Positions 39,265 to 51,200 of a stretch of 64,000 nt of DNA are shown here, piece after piece (position 1 is the stretch's first letter; each line of letters opens with the position of its first letter). The translations under genes and the position numbers were made by a program. The notes beneath the pieces are model-generated. The model ran no database searches. It saw only the letters and a program-made list of their open reading frames with translations, and was not told the DNA's origin. This stretch comes from Guillardia theta CCMP2712. Taxonomy: Eukaryota > Protista > Cryptophyta. The stretch spans positions 601,745 through 665,744 of the forward strand of contig NW_005434653.1 in the NCBI RefSeq assembly GCF_000315625.1, read 5' to 3'.

Positions 39265-41830
39265 TCAACCCATCACGCTCGGCAGGAACTCAAGGCTTCT
39301 TTACTTGGATGTATCCTCCCAGTGCCTTCTTCGCCCCGCTTCCTCCTGCATGCACCGCCACTTGTCTCTCTCCCACCTCCTTACTCCGATCTCTTCTCTC
39401 AACGTTGATCGCCAGCTGGAATTCACTGTAGGTTTGTGATCCTGATTGAGCTGAACAAGAGTTTGGATTCGGCTGGGCAGGCTCAAGTCAACTCAGGAGG
39501 CAGCAAGCTTCTCTTCGAGCAGGCCTACCGTGCCGCAAAGGGAGGGCCCTTGCGTCCAAGAGGTCGGCATGGCGCTTAGCGTGGACACGCTCTCTTGGTC
39601 GCATCTGCACCCGCAGGTCACTGAAGGTCTGGGAGGCGCTTCTTGAGCTCTCGAAGACTTACTCCGGGTCTGCTCTGCGAGGGCAGCCCTGCAGGTGATG
39701 CGCTCCATGCTCTGCGACAAGTCACAAGAGAAGCGCAGAGAGCTTCACATCACGAATCAGTGTGTACTCCGACGATGACCGCAGCCCGCAAAATTTACAC
39801 GTGAACATCTAAGATAGAGAATGGGTGCCATGCAAGTGAGATCAGTCTCAACGAACCTCTTGCCTTGGTTCTGCTGAGACCTTCGACTCCTTCTCAGTCA
39901 AAGTCCCTTGCAAGTCCTCGAGCTGCGTGGACATTCACCCAACATCTAACAAGCTGTAGACAGCACCTGCTTCTTCTTCAAGAGCAGCTCCAACTTTAAG
40001 ATCAGCTCCTGCAGTTGCTGATTCGCCTTATGGTGGGAGCCTAGAGAGGGAGTGAGACTGAGGCGGGTTCTCTTTGCAGGTCCCACTCACTCAGATTTCG
40101 TGAGCTTGCGGTAGAAGTTGCTTGGGAGACTTCGGAGCCCATAAGCACCTGAGACTGCAGCAGCTCCTGCTTATGCGCCAGCTGAGATTGCAGCAGCCGG
40201 CGTTTCAACCCCAGCAGCATGGTCTGCGCCTCGAGGATCCCCTCGGGCTGTGGAGGAGACGCGGGTTGCTGCCAGCCGAGTCATGAAGGAGGACATGCCA
40301 GGCAGGCTCACGGTCTTGAGCTTGGTGGCCCGCGCGATGCCGTCGTTGAGGGCATTGTCGTACCTGAAAGCCGTCCACTTGTCGTTGCGCGAGGCTGCGG
40401 GGCTGACGCATCCGACGGAGTCAGGGGGGAACGATTGAGGAGAGATTGTTACAGAGGAGAGCGGCAAGGAGAGTCTGGAAGGTCGTCGAGATTTCTGGCG
40501 ATGGTGAGAAGCCCCAGCTGTTTGCAGATGTCGTTGCATTGGTGGCTGTTGAAGAAGCTGAGAATGCCTTCCCTGCCGATGTTTCCGATGCCTTCAAAGA
40601 CGGTCATCACTATGGCTCAAAGTCAGAGGCGAGGCTACCAAAACTCTTCCCATCGATGCTGTGAATCTGAGGAGCAGAATCAGTCGGTATCAATCATATG
40701 CTGCGCCACCTGAGGGTCTGTGTAGAAGGTCCCAACCCCCTGTATGTCGCACACCAGCAACCTTCTGTTCGAGATGTGGTGCGTGAAGTGACTGAAAGCC
40801 TGCGGAACTTTTTCTTTCGACTCCACGTTGCCGTCGTTGTCGTTGTGCTTCACGTACTTGCCCTCTAGGAGAGGCTCCACGTTGATTAGCCTCCCCTCGC
40901 ATTCAATAAGCTGCACAACACTGACAGGGAGAAACTGCCAAGCAAGGATCAGAGTAAGTTGGGTCATTTCAAGATAAACCTTGATGGAGACTTGCTGTCC
41001 ATGCTCTGATACTTTCTTGCTGTTGAACAAGCGAGCAAAACTCTCTGCCACCTTTTAGAAGAATCAATGAAATCCAAGAGGTGGGACGCATGAAATAGTA
41101 GGAAAGGTGAAGTGAGGGAGAGGGAGAGGGAGAAGGAGAGGGAGAGGGGGAGGGTTCCAGACCGTCTGCGTCATCGCCTCATCGAAGTAGATCTTGTCTT
41201 CCTATTACAAGGTATCACATCATCTCACTCCACCATGAGTGAGTACAATCTTGGGGGGCACGATCTCGGGCTTGAATATCTTGGCGACATGTTGTTTTTG
41301 TATCCCGATGGAATCGATTAGCGTCATTTTCACGCACCATCGCATTCCACCCTCCGCCAAGGGCTTGTCATCCAGCAACACCTGTCATCAAACTTTTACC
41401 TACTTGGATCTCTCGAGGGGTTGACAAGAGAGGAGAAGAGAGGGAAAGACGGAGAGCTCACTGAGCATGGTTCTTGTGACCAGACTTCGTTGCCGACATC
41501 GTAAGTGTACTTGATGCCCTTGCTCGAAACGTCAGGCAACAAAAGCTGTTGAGCTCAGCAAACACTTTTTGGCATCGACGGATTTGACCTGGTTGATACT
41601 TCTTGAGAAGATCTTTGCCAGCACTGCAGAGAGGCATCAAAGTCAAGCAGAACCCCCAAAGCAACGGAAAGACCGTTTCTTCTTCCGTTCCATCATTTGA
41701 GACGATATGCTTTCAACATCACCAGCTAGGATGTGAGATCCAACCCCCGGCACACAAGACCATCATGGCACGTTGCCTTTCTCAAGCAAATTCACAGCAT
41801 GTCGAGCTGTAACATTCGTCGCTTCCATCA
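39265..41830 (-). CDS. Alpha-kinase (eEF2K/MHCK family) with C-terminal coiled coil
   Basis: PLAEGGMR, VAK, VEPLLEGKYVKHNDN, PQAFSHFT, LLVCDIQGV, YTDPQIHS, GNIGREGI..FFNSHQCNDICKQLGL. Confidence 0.92.
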
Positions 41831-42179
41831 TCTCTTTCTACCATCTGCTTCGTTGGCATTAGCAACTTTTATCATCCTCCCTTCGTCTCTTCCCCCAACA
41901 CCTTTCCTTCCCTGACGCCCTCCCTCCCTCTTTCTCACCCGATCCTTTCATATTCGTACCCTTATTCCCGTTCGTCCCTCTCCTCCCTTCCCTTCGCTCC
42001 TCTTCCCTCCGTTCCTTCCCCTCCCGATTACTCCATCCCACCTTTCCTTCCTTCCTCACTCTCCTTCTCTTCGCTTCCTTTCAGGCTCTCTTGTTCGCTC
42101 CCTCCTCTCTCCCTCCCTCTCATTCCCCTACAGCTTCTCCCCAACTCTCCATACTTTCTACCTTGAGGTCTGGAGGTAC

Positions 42180-42935
42180 ACCCTAAACCTCTACCCCCCC
42201 CCCCTGATCTCTCCAAAAATCACCTGATTGGATAGGGTGGTGGGTTAGACGATGGGTTCCCGTGCTGCCGGACCTACCGACCTGTCCAGGGGTGGGGGTA
42301 TATCATGATCAGACCAATCAAGGGGTAGGGTGGTTAGCATTCCATTACGCCGGAGACCGGTGGGTACCTGGCAGTCGAAAGCAAAGGACGAAGTTGGGGT
42401 AGGAATCTCTATTGATCACAGAGGGTGGGGTGGGGACTGTACTATCAATGAACCTAGGGTGGGGTGATTCGGACGGGCTTGCCTGGGACGGGTATTAGCC
42501 CAGGCACCCAGGGCGGTCCGGCAGGATGCCAGTCATAGAGGAGGGGTGGTCAAGATGGGAGTATGGGGGGTCCTGGGGGTACCTCCCCTGGTAATAAACA
42601 AACTGGGGGGAAAGGAGATCACCGGGACTAGTACTAATGCCACCGAGCTCGGTCAGTGAGGAGTGCCGCGGCCCGGTCACCGTACGGTACTGGTGACCGC
42701 CCGGCCGGGCTTAGCTCAGCCTCACTGAGTGGCGGCCCGATGCCAGGCCCGGCCGCAGTAAGTTCGGACCCGGCGCCGTCACGGTAAGCCTAGTACGGTA
42801 GCCGGCGCTGCCCGCCGGGGGCCCGTCACCGCCGACGGTGCCGCTGTGCCCAAGGACCCCGCTGGTCAGGGCCCCGGGGCCGGTGAGCAAGCAGGCGAGC
42901 GCGGACCGGCGGGCAGCCGGGCTTCGAGTGACCGT
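42180..42935. repeat. GGGT-rich island (42180-42640) followed by GC-rich palindromic island (42640-42935)
   Basis: GGGTGGGGTGGGG words, then CCGTACGG, GCCCGGCCGGGC, GTCAC/GTGAC, CTCAG/CTGAG. Confidence 0.65.
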
Positions 42936-42939
42936 CGTT

Positions 42940-44977
42940 GCTTGCCCCAGGCTCTGCTGTCTCGGATTTTATTCCTCCTGCATGCTCCTGCTGCTTGTTG
43001 CTTGACCCTTCGGCTGCTTGTCTGCGCGGCTTCGCGCTTGGGCTGGCGATGCCGGGTCTGCTGACGGTTGCCAGCAGTGCTGGTTCTTTTCGGGCTTGTG
43101 TTTTGTGTGTGTTTGTGCAGCTTCTCGCTGTGAACTGTGTGCCAGGAGGTTTAGCTTGTTCCTGCTTTGTTTTGCTTGAGGCACTTTTTACCTTCTGTCA
43201 GTAAATCCTATTAGATCCCCTCAAGGCCTTCCCGCATTGCTATGCTCAGATGCTCAACTGCTTCTTCATGGCATGCCGATCTGCCAGTGTCCGACGCAAT
43301 GGATGTCAGCGCCAGCTCGATCCTTCCGTTGCTGCGCATCATCTCCAGACCTGCAAACGGCGATCCTCCAAGCTTCCTACAGCTGCCTCCGGGGTAGGAT
43401 TTACTTGCCGCTTTGTGGCGGCAGCGGACGTCTCGACTGACAGTGGTCAGTCGGCTGCTTCCGGGTATCGCGTCTAAGGGATTTTATTCCTCCTGCATGG
43501 TTTTCCTGCTTTCTGTGTTCCATCTCTACCGTTTTTCGACCTCCTCGAGGTCGAACTTGCTCTTTCACATGTGAGCGTTTTCTTGTCATCTCCTCACACC
43601 ATTCGTCGAGTTTCTTCAGGTTCTCCCTGTTTTCATTCAAAAATTTGAATTTTCCTGGCGGTCATCTGCATGCTACTTGGTATCTTGGGCTCTGTCGAGA
43701 CCTCATGGCACTAGGTTTCACTTGTGCTCTGTTCTGATCCTCTCCCTTGTACGGTGGGACTGGCATGCGACGCCCTTCCGCTCCACCTCCAGTGGCTCAA
43801 CCTTGCTTATCGCAACATTTGGCTCCACTACCTGTCACTGGCATGAGGCGTCGAGATCTACCTTGGGCTTTACTACTAGTGACGGGCGATACCATGTCGC
43901 TCGGCTGACCCTTCTTTTTCTCCAATGGGTTTGTTCAAGCGGAGGCTCTCCCCCAAGTGCCGAACTCCTGCTCGTCGGTCCAGCTTGCGCATCTACCGGC
44001 GTTCCTTCTTTCGACGCTGGGTAGCTCAGGCCCAGAGGCGCAGACTCGGCAGCACTCCTTTCTCTCCTGCTCTGCGTCCTGTATCCGGAGGGAATCTGCT
44101 GGGGTCCCCTTCCCTCCTCCAGTCGCCTCCCGTGGCTCCTCTCTCCCCCTCCCCCACCGCCATTGTCGACCTCAGCGGTCGCAACCTGACTGAGGCCTCT
44201 CCGCGGGTCGAGCCCGCCTCACTGACAAAGGTCTTTTGTGGATGCTGACAATGCCCAGACCGGGGAGGGGGAGGGGGAGGAGGACAAGCGCCCAGCGGCC
44301 CCTGGTGCTGCCTCCCCCTCCTCTCCGGACTCCTCATCATCCAGCTCGGATGATGCCTACCGCCGACTGTTTCAGCTTGATTCCTCAGCTGATGTTTCTC
44401 AGTCTCCAGCTGCAGGCGCTGACTCTCCGCCGTCCCTCTTCGGGGGCCCTGCGAAGGCATCCGATGCATCAGCCTGTGCTGCGAATGTCCTGCCTGACGA
44501 GGATGATCAACCTGACCTTGCTGATGCCGACCCTGATTCTGCTACGGATGTGCCCCCGGTTCCACCTATGGCCACCTCAGATTGGCCGGAGGGCTTGCAG
44601 TGGTTGATGTCCAACCTCCGAGTCTTCCTCTATATTCATGAGCGCTTTCGTCCTCATGTCACTGCGTCTCACCTCTTTGGTGAGACTGCAGAGCTTTGGC
44701 TGACTTGTCTTGTGTCTTTGCTGCAATTCATCGATCGATATGATCCTTCCTCGTCCAGCTATCAGACCCTTGTTCTGCTCTTTGAGCACCTTCCCGCCTT
44801 ACTGCTTCCCGTACCCAAGGCTGCCAATGGTCCTACCAAGGACGCGCTTATCAAGCGCCAGTGCCGACGTTTCTTGAAGGGTGAATGGAAAGCTCTTTTC
44901 AAGCGCTATCTGCCTGCTGCAGAAACCCATGGGAAGAAGCAAGCAAAGGGGGCGCGGCAGCCTTCACCGCCCCAAGG

Positions 44978-45024
<47 letters not shown>

Positions 45025-45250
45025 TTCGGCGGTCACCTCGGCACCTGCAGCCCTCGTCCCTCCCACAGCAGCAGCTGCAGGAGTCCGAGCAGCTGCAACC
45101 GCCCCGCGGCGGCAACGGCAGAAACAGCAACGGCGGCGGCAGCCACATCCGCAGCCGCCGCAGCCGCAGCCGCAGCCGCAGCCGCAGCCGCAACACCACC
45201 GCCACCAGCAGCAACCGCAGCAGCAGCAGCCGCAGCCGCAGCACCCGCGT

Positions 45251-45282
<32 letters not shown>

Positions 45283-48200
45283 GCAGCAACGCCAGCGTCA
45301 GCAGCAGCGTCCGCGTCAGCAGCAGCAGCAGCAGCAACACCAGCAACCACCACAGCAGCGACCACAACCGCGCAGGCCGAGGGAGCAGCGGCAGTCCGGC
45401 CAATCGTCTCAGGAGTCTGAGCCTGCTCCTCCGCCGCGACCTACGCTGTCCCTCACCTCTGAGAGCGAGCGCCAAAGACAGTTGGCGATTCATCAGTTCA
45501 CTGCGGGTGACCTTCATCGGGCGGTACGGACACTACTGAGCTCCGGCATCTACAAGGCTGAATCTTTCGCTGATCTTCTTGCTGAAGCACAAGAGAAGTT
45601 CCCTGATGGTGCGTCGCCTGCCTTTGGAAGTGCTTCCGCGGATCATCTCACCCAGCAAGCGCTTGCAGTACTGCAGGTGGATTTGACTGACATCCTCGAC
45701 ACCACTAGCCTGATCCAGGCGATCAAGCGCTACAGCTCCTTTGCGGGGACCGATGACCAAGGGTGGAGGATTCGGCAACACCTGTCACCCCTTTCTAGTC
45801 ATCCTGCAGCTTTGAAGCTCTACTGCAAACATATCCTCCAAGGGGTCCTTCTTGGCCGGATGCCGGATCTTCTTATTCCTGCCCTGTCAGCCATTCGTCG
45901 AGGAGGCAGATTTATTCCCCTCTCCAAGGGAGCTGATAAACCTGGTCTCCGGCCAATTGTCATCGGTTCTGCACACCGTCGACTCGCGACGAAGCTTGCT
46001 TTGGCAGGGATTCGCTCTTTTCTTGACCAGCACTTCCTCTCGTCTCACCCTCGAGCGATTCAGTTCGGACTCGATCGAGACGGCTGTCTGAAGTTCTCGC
46101 AAACCGCGTCAGCGCTCCTGCCCCTTCACGCTCGCGGTGATGATGAGGATGTTGCCAAAAAAGTTTACGAAAGTTTACATCCCCTCCTGGCATCAACGTC
46201 TCAAGATTCAACTTCTTCACTTCGAGGTCGTCACTGGCGGGATTACACTTGGCGGCCTGCCTATCGGCACGGATGGATTTCATGCTAGTCAGCTCCGAGC
46301 GAAGGTTTCTACCCTCAACGAAGAGCTCTCGAAGCTCGGGCTCGTCCAGCATGGCTTCATGTTCAAGACGCTGGTGAGGGCGAGCCATCTCCAGAAGCTG
46401 CGCTTCTTCCTCCAGGGGTCTTCTCCGTTTCTCCCGCGGGTCCAATCACAGATTCGTCGCTTTGACCTCTCTGTCCACCTGGCGCTTGAGAAATACCACC
46501 GCTGGCCTTCCTCGCAGTACCTCGCCGCGCATCCCGACCTGCTAGAGTTTGCGAGGTTCAAGCGGGAGCTTCCGGGCGGCATAGTCGGGGAGGGGACGAG
46601 TTCAACGCGGCCCTCTGAGGGTCTAATCGCCGCCGAGCGGTACCGTGTTCCTGTGTCCAGCCTCCCTCCGTCCGCTGCCCCAGGCGGACCCCCGGGCAAC
46701 GCCGGCTCCTTGTCGGCGGCTGCCCTTTCTCCGTCCGCGGCCGCCCGCTTTGTGGCGGCAGCGCGGACGTCTCGACTGACAGTGGTCAGTCGGCTGCCTC
46801 CGGGTATCGCGTCTAAGGGATTTTATTCCTCCTGCATGCTCCTGCTGCTTGTTGCTTGATTGCTTGACCCTTAGGCTGCTTGTCTGCGCGGCTTCGCGCT
46901 TGGGCTGGCGGTGCCGCGCTGACGGTTGCCAGCAGTGCTGGTTCTTTTCGGGCTTGTGTTTTGTGTGTGATTGTGCAGCTTCTCGCTGTGCGCTGTGTGC
47001 CTGGAGGTTTAGCTTGTTCCTGCTTTGTTTTGCTTGAGGCACTTTTTACCTTCTGCCCGGCAGTAAATCCATTGTTCTGACCAGCCGATGTCACGGACGC
47101 TGCTCTCTCCTCATAGCCTGGACGTTCACTGCTCGAGATCTCTCCGTGCCCAGAAGCATCCTCTGGCGACCTTCTTCGTTGAGGCGCACGACTTCGTTCA
47201 TAATGCTGGAGCGATCCTCTACCGTCGTGTGAGGGCTCCTGCACCGGCTGCAGATGGCGCGGCGATCCCACCTGCCCCGGCTGCTGTGCCTGATGATGCA
47301 GGACGCCCCCCGGCATCTGTGGTACACATCCCTGGTTTGCGCGCTCTCGTCGACTCGTCTCATGAGCACTTTATTGCTCCGCCTGCGCAGCGAAATGTGA
47401 CCCCTCTTGTCATGCGCGTCTTCCCTCGCCATGTGCATGCTCGCGCTGCGCTGACCGATCAGCAGCGTGATATCCTCACCTTGCACAGCCGCAGGACACA
47501 CTCGCTCAAGTCGCAGGATAGGGTCTTGACAGTGCAGTCTACCATCTTCGCTCATTTTCCTGAGCGTGACCTGAGCCACTCTCCGATGCGAGTCTCGAGC
47601 TACTACCCCCTCAAGGCCTTCCCGCACCGCTATGCTCAGATGCTCGACTGCTATCTCCATGGCATGCCGATCTGCCAGTGTCCGACGGAATGTGATGGAT
47701 GTCAGCGCGAGCTCGATCCCTCTGTTGCTGCACATCATCTCCAGACCTGCAAACGCCGATCCTCCAAGCTTCCCACGGCGCATGACAACCTTACTCGTAC
47801 GATTCGGTCGATGCTGAACGAAGCTGGTCTTCAGAGCGTCATCGATACAGTGGGGGATCCTCGTTCTCGACGGCAGGTACCCTCCCATCCTCATGGCCGC
47901 AAGATGAAGGGCGATATCCACATCCCTGGAATCCGCGATCGAGGGTCCGAGCAGTACGAGGGCTTGATGGCGGACGTGACGTTGGTCCACCCTTACTGCC
48001 GACCTGACCAAGTGGGGGGAGGTCAACCTCGACGCCCTCCATGTTGCAGCGTCTGAGAAGATTCGCAAACATCGCGCTGCATATGCCATGACTACTCCTG
48101 CATCCTGACACCCTCCGCTTCATCTGGTATCTCGCGGACATCATTGCTCAGCGCTCGATGCCTCTTGAGGATGCGGCGTTTGGTCGGCACTTCGTGCCTG

Positions 48201-51200
48201 ATGACGGACCTGCTGCTGAGGTCCTGGCTCGCAAACGCGCCGCCACCTATCATGCCAGCGCCTCACTATGCAGCTGACGCTGGAGGCGCTCTTGTCTGGT
48301 GCGAGGCGCATGACGCCCTTGCGGGCGCAAGCACTTCTCGAGCCAGAGGACAGCTCCTCCTCGGACTTTGTCGAGTCGCCTGAGGAGGAGTCTTCGCCGG
48401 AGGTCTCCGACTCCGATGGGGGAAACACGTCGAGTGGCGCCGACGATCGGCGCGGAGCTGGCGAGGCGTCTCCGTCCCTCACTGTGACGTCGGGTGCCTC
48501 CGGAGAGCTCGACACCACTGGGGTGCTTGCTGCTGGTCCGAGCTCGCCTGCTTCCTCCCCGGCATCGGTCGGGTCACGCCGGTCCTTGGGCATTGCTGCG
48601 GCGTCGCCGCCGTCACGGGCGGCTACCACTGACTCGGCTACCGCTGACTCGGAGGCTAGCGAGGAGGACTACCTCGAGCGGTACCGTGTTCCTGTGTCCA
48701 GCCTCCCTCCGTCCGCTGCCCCAGGCGGACCCCCGGGCAACGCCGGCTCCTTGTCGGCGGCTGCCCTTGCTCCGTCCGCGGCCGCCCGCTTTGTGGCGGC
48801 AGCGGACGTCTCGACTGACAGTGGTCAGTCGGCTGCCTCCGGGTATCGCGTCTAAGGGATTTTATTCCTCCTGCATGCTCCTGCTGCTTCAAGTTGCTTG
48901 ATTGCTTGACCCTTAGGCTGCTTGTCTGCGCGGCTTCGCGCTTGGGCTGGCGGTGCCGCGTCTGGGTGCCAGCAGTGCTGGTTCTTTTCGGGCTTGTGTT
49001 TTGTGTGTGATTGTGCAGCTTCTCGCTGCGCGCTGTGTGCCAGGAGGTTTAGCTTGTTCCTGCTTTGTTTTGCTTGAGGCACTTTTTACCTTCTGCCAGT
49101 AAATCCTGTAGGCTATGCCTGACACTCTGAGTTTTACTCGCATACCGTACCCTGCTACCCTGCCAGTAAATCCTCTACTACCCTCAACGAAGAGCTCTCG
49201 AAGCTCGGGCTCGTCCAGCATGGCTTCATGTTCAAGACGCTGGTGAGGGCGAGCCATCTCCAGAAGCTGCGCTTCTTCCTCCAGGGGTCTTCTCCGTTTC
49301 TCCCGCGGGTCCAATCACAGATTCGTCGCTTTGACCTCTCTGTCCACCTGGCGCTTGAGAAATACCACCGCTGGCCTTCCTCGCAGTACCTCGCCGCGCA
49401 TCCCGACCTGCTAGAGTTTGCGAGGTTCAAGCGGGAGCTTCCGCATAGTCGGGGTGGGGACGAGTTCACGCCCTCTGAGGGTCTACACCCCGCTGTTTAC
49501 TATACGGCTATCGCTCGCTTCCTCGCTTGGTACTCTGACCAGCCCATGTCCCGGACCCTGCCCTCTCCTCATAGCCTGGACGTTCACTGCTCGAGATCTC
49601 TCCGTGCCCAGAAGCATCCTCTGGCGACCTTCTTCGTTGAGGCGCACGACTTCGTTCATAATGCTGGAGCGATCCTCTACCGTCGTGTGAGGGCTCCTGC
49701 ACCGGCTGCAGATGGCGCGGCGATCCCACCTGCCCCGGCTGCTGTACCTGATGACGCAGGCCGCCCCCCGGCATCTGTGGTACACATCCCTGGTTTGCGC
49801 GCTCTCGTCGACTCGTCTCATGAGCACTTTATTGCTCCGCCTGCGCAGCGAAATGTGACCCCTCTTGTCATGCGCGTCTTCCCTCGCCATGTGCATGCTC
49901 GCGCTGCGCTGACCGATCAGCAGCGTGATATCCTCACCTTGCACAGCCGCAGGACACACTCGCTCAAGTCGCAGGATAGGGTCTTGACAGTGCAGTCTAC
50001 CATCTTCGCTCATTTTCCTGAGCGTGACCTGAGCCACTCTCCGATGCGAGTCTCGAGCTACTACCCCCTCAAGGCCTTCCCGCACCGCTATGCTCAGATG
50101 CTCGACTGCTATCTCCATGGCATGCCGATCTGCCAGTGTCCGACGGAATGTGATGGATGTCAGCGCGAGCTCGACCCCTCCGTTGCTGCACATCATCTCC
50201 AGACCTGCAAACGCCGATCCTCCAAGCTTCCCACGGCGCATGACAACCTTACTCGTACGATTCGGTCGATGCTGAACGAAGCTGGTCTTCAGAGCGTCAT
50301 CGATACAGTGGGGGATCCTCGTTCTCGACGGCAGGTACCCTCCCATCCTCATGGCCGCGTTGAAGATGAAGGGCGATATCCACATTCCTGGAATCCGCGA
50401 TCGAGGGTCCGAGCAGTACGAGGCCGGGCGGCTTGATGGCGGACGTGACGTTGGTCCACCCTTACATTGGTAGCTCGGCCGACCTGACCAAGTGGGGGGA
50501 GGTCAACCTCGACGCCCTCCATGTTGCAGCGTCTGAGAAGATTCGCAAACATCGCGCTGCATATGCTATGACTACTCCTCCTCGAGCGTTCATCCCTCTT
50601 GCCATCTCGACGGACGGTACCCTGCATCCTGACACCCTCCGCTTCATCTGGTATCTCGCGGACATCATTGCTCAGCGCTCGATGCCTCTTGAGGATGCGG
50701 CGTTTGGTCGGCACTTCGTGCCTGATGACGGACCTGCTGCTGAGGTCTTGGCTCGCAAACGCGCCGCCACCTATCAGCCCCTCACCATGCAGCTGACGCT
50801 GGAAGCGCTCTTGTCTGGTGCGAGGGGCATGACNNNNNNNNNNNNNNNNNNNNNNNNNNNNNNNNNNNNNNNNNNNNNNNNNNNNNNNNNNNNNNNNNNN
50901 NNNNNNNNNNNNNNNNNNNNNNNNNNNNNNNNNTCGACTGACAGTGGTCAGTCGGCTGCCTACGGGTATCGCGTCTAAGGGATTTATTCCTCCTGCATGC
51001 TCCTGCTGCTTGTTGCTTGATTGCTTGACCCTTAGGCTGCTTGTCGGTACGGTCTGCGCGGCTTCGCGCTTGGGCTGGCGGTGCCGCGCTGACGGTTGCC
51101 AGCAGTGCTGGTTCTTTTCGGGCTTGTGTTTTGTGTGTGATTGTGCAGCTTCTCGCTGTGGACTGTGTGCCTGCCGGTTCAGCTTGTTCCTGCTTTGTTT

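Noticed and set aside
47091-50385. 300-aa minus-strand ORFs in the retroelement
   Set aside because: Antisense shadows of a GC-rich coding strand; no motifs.
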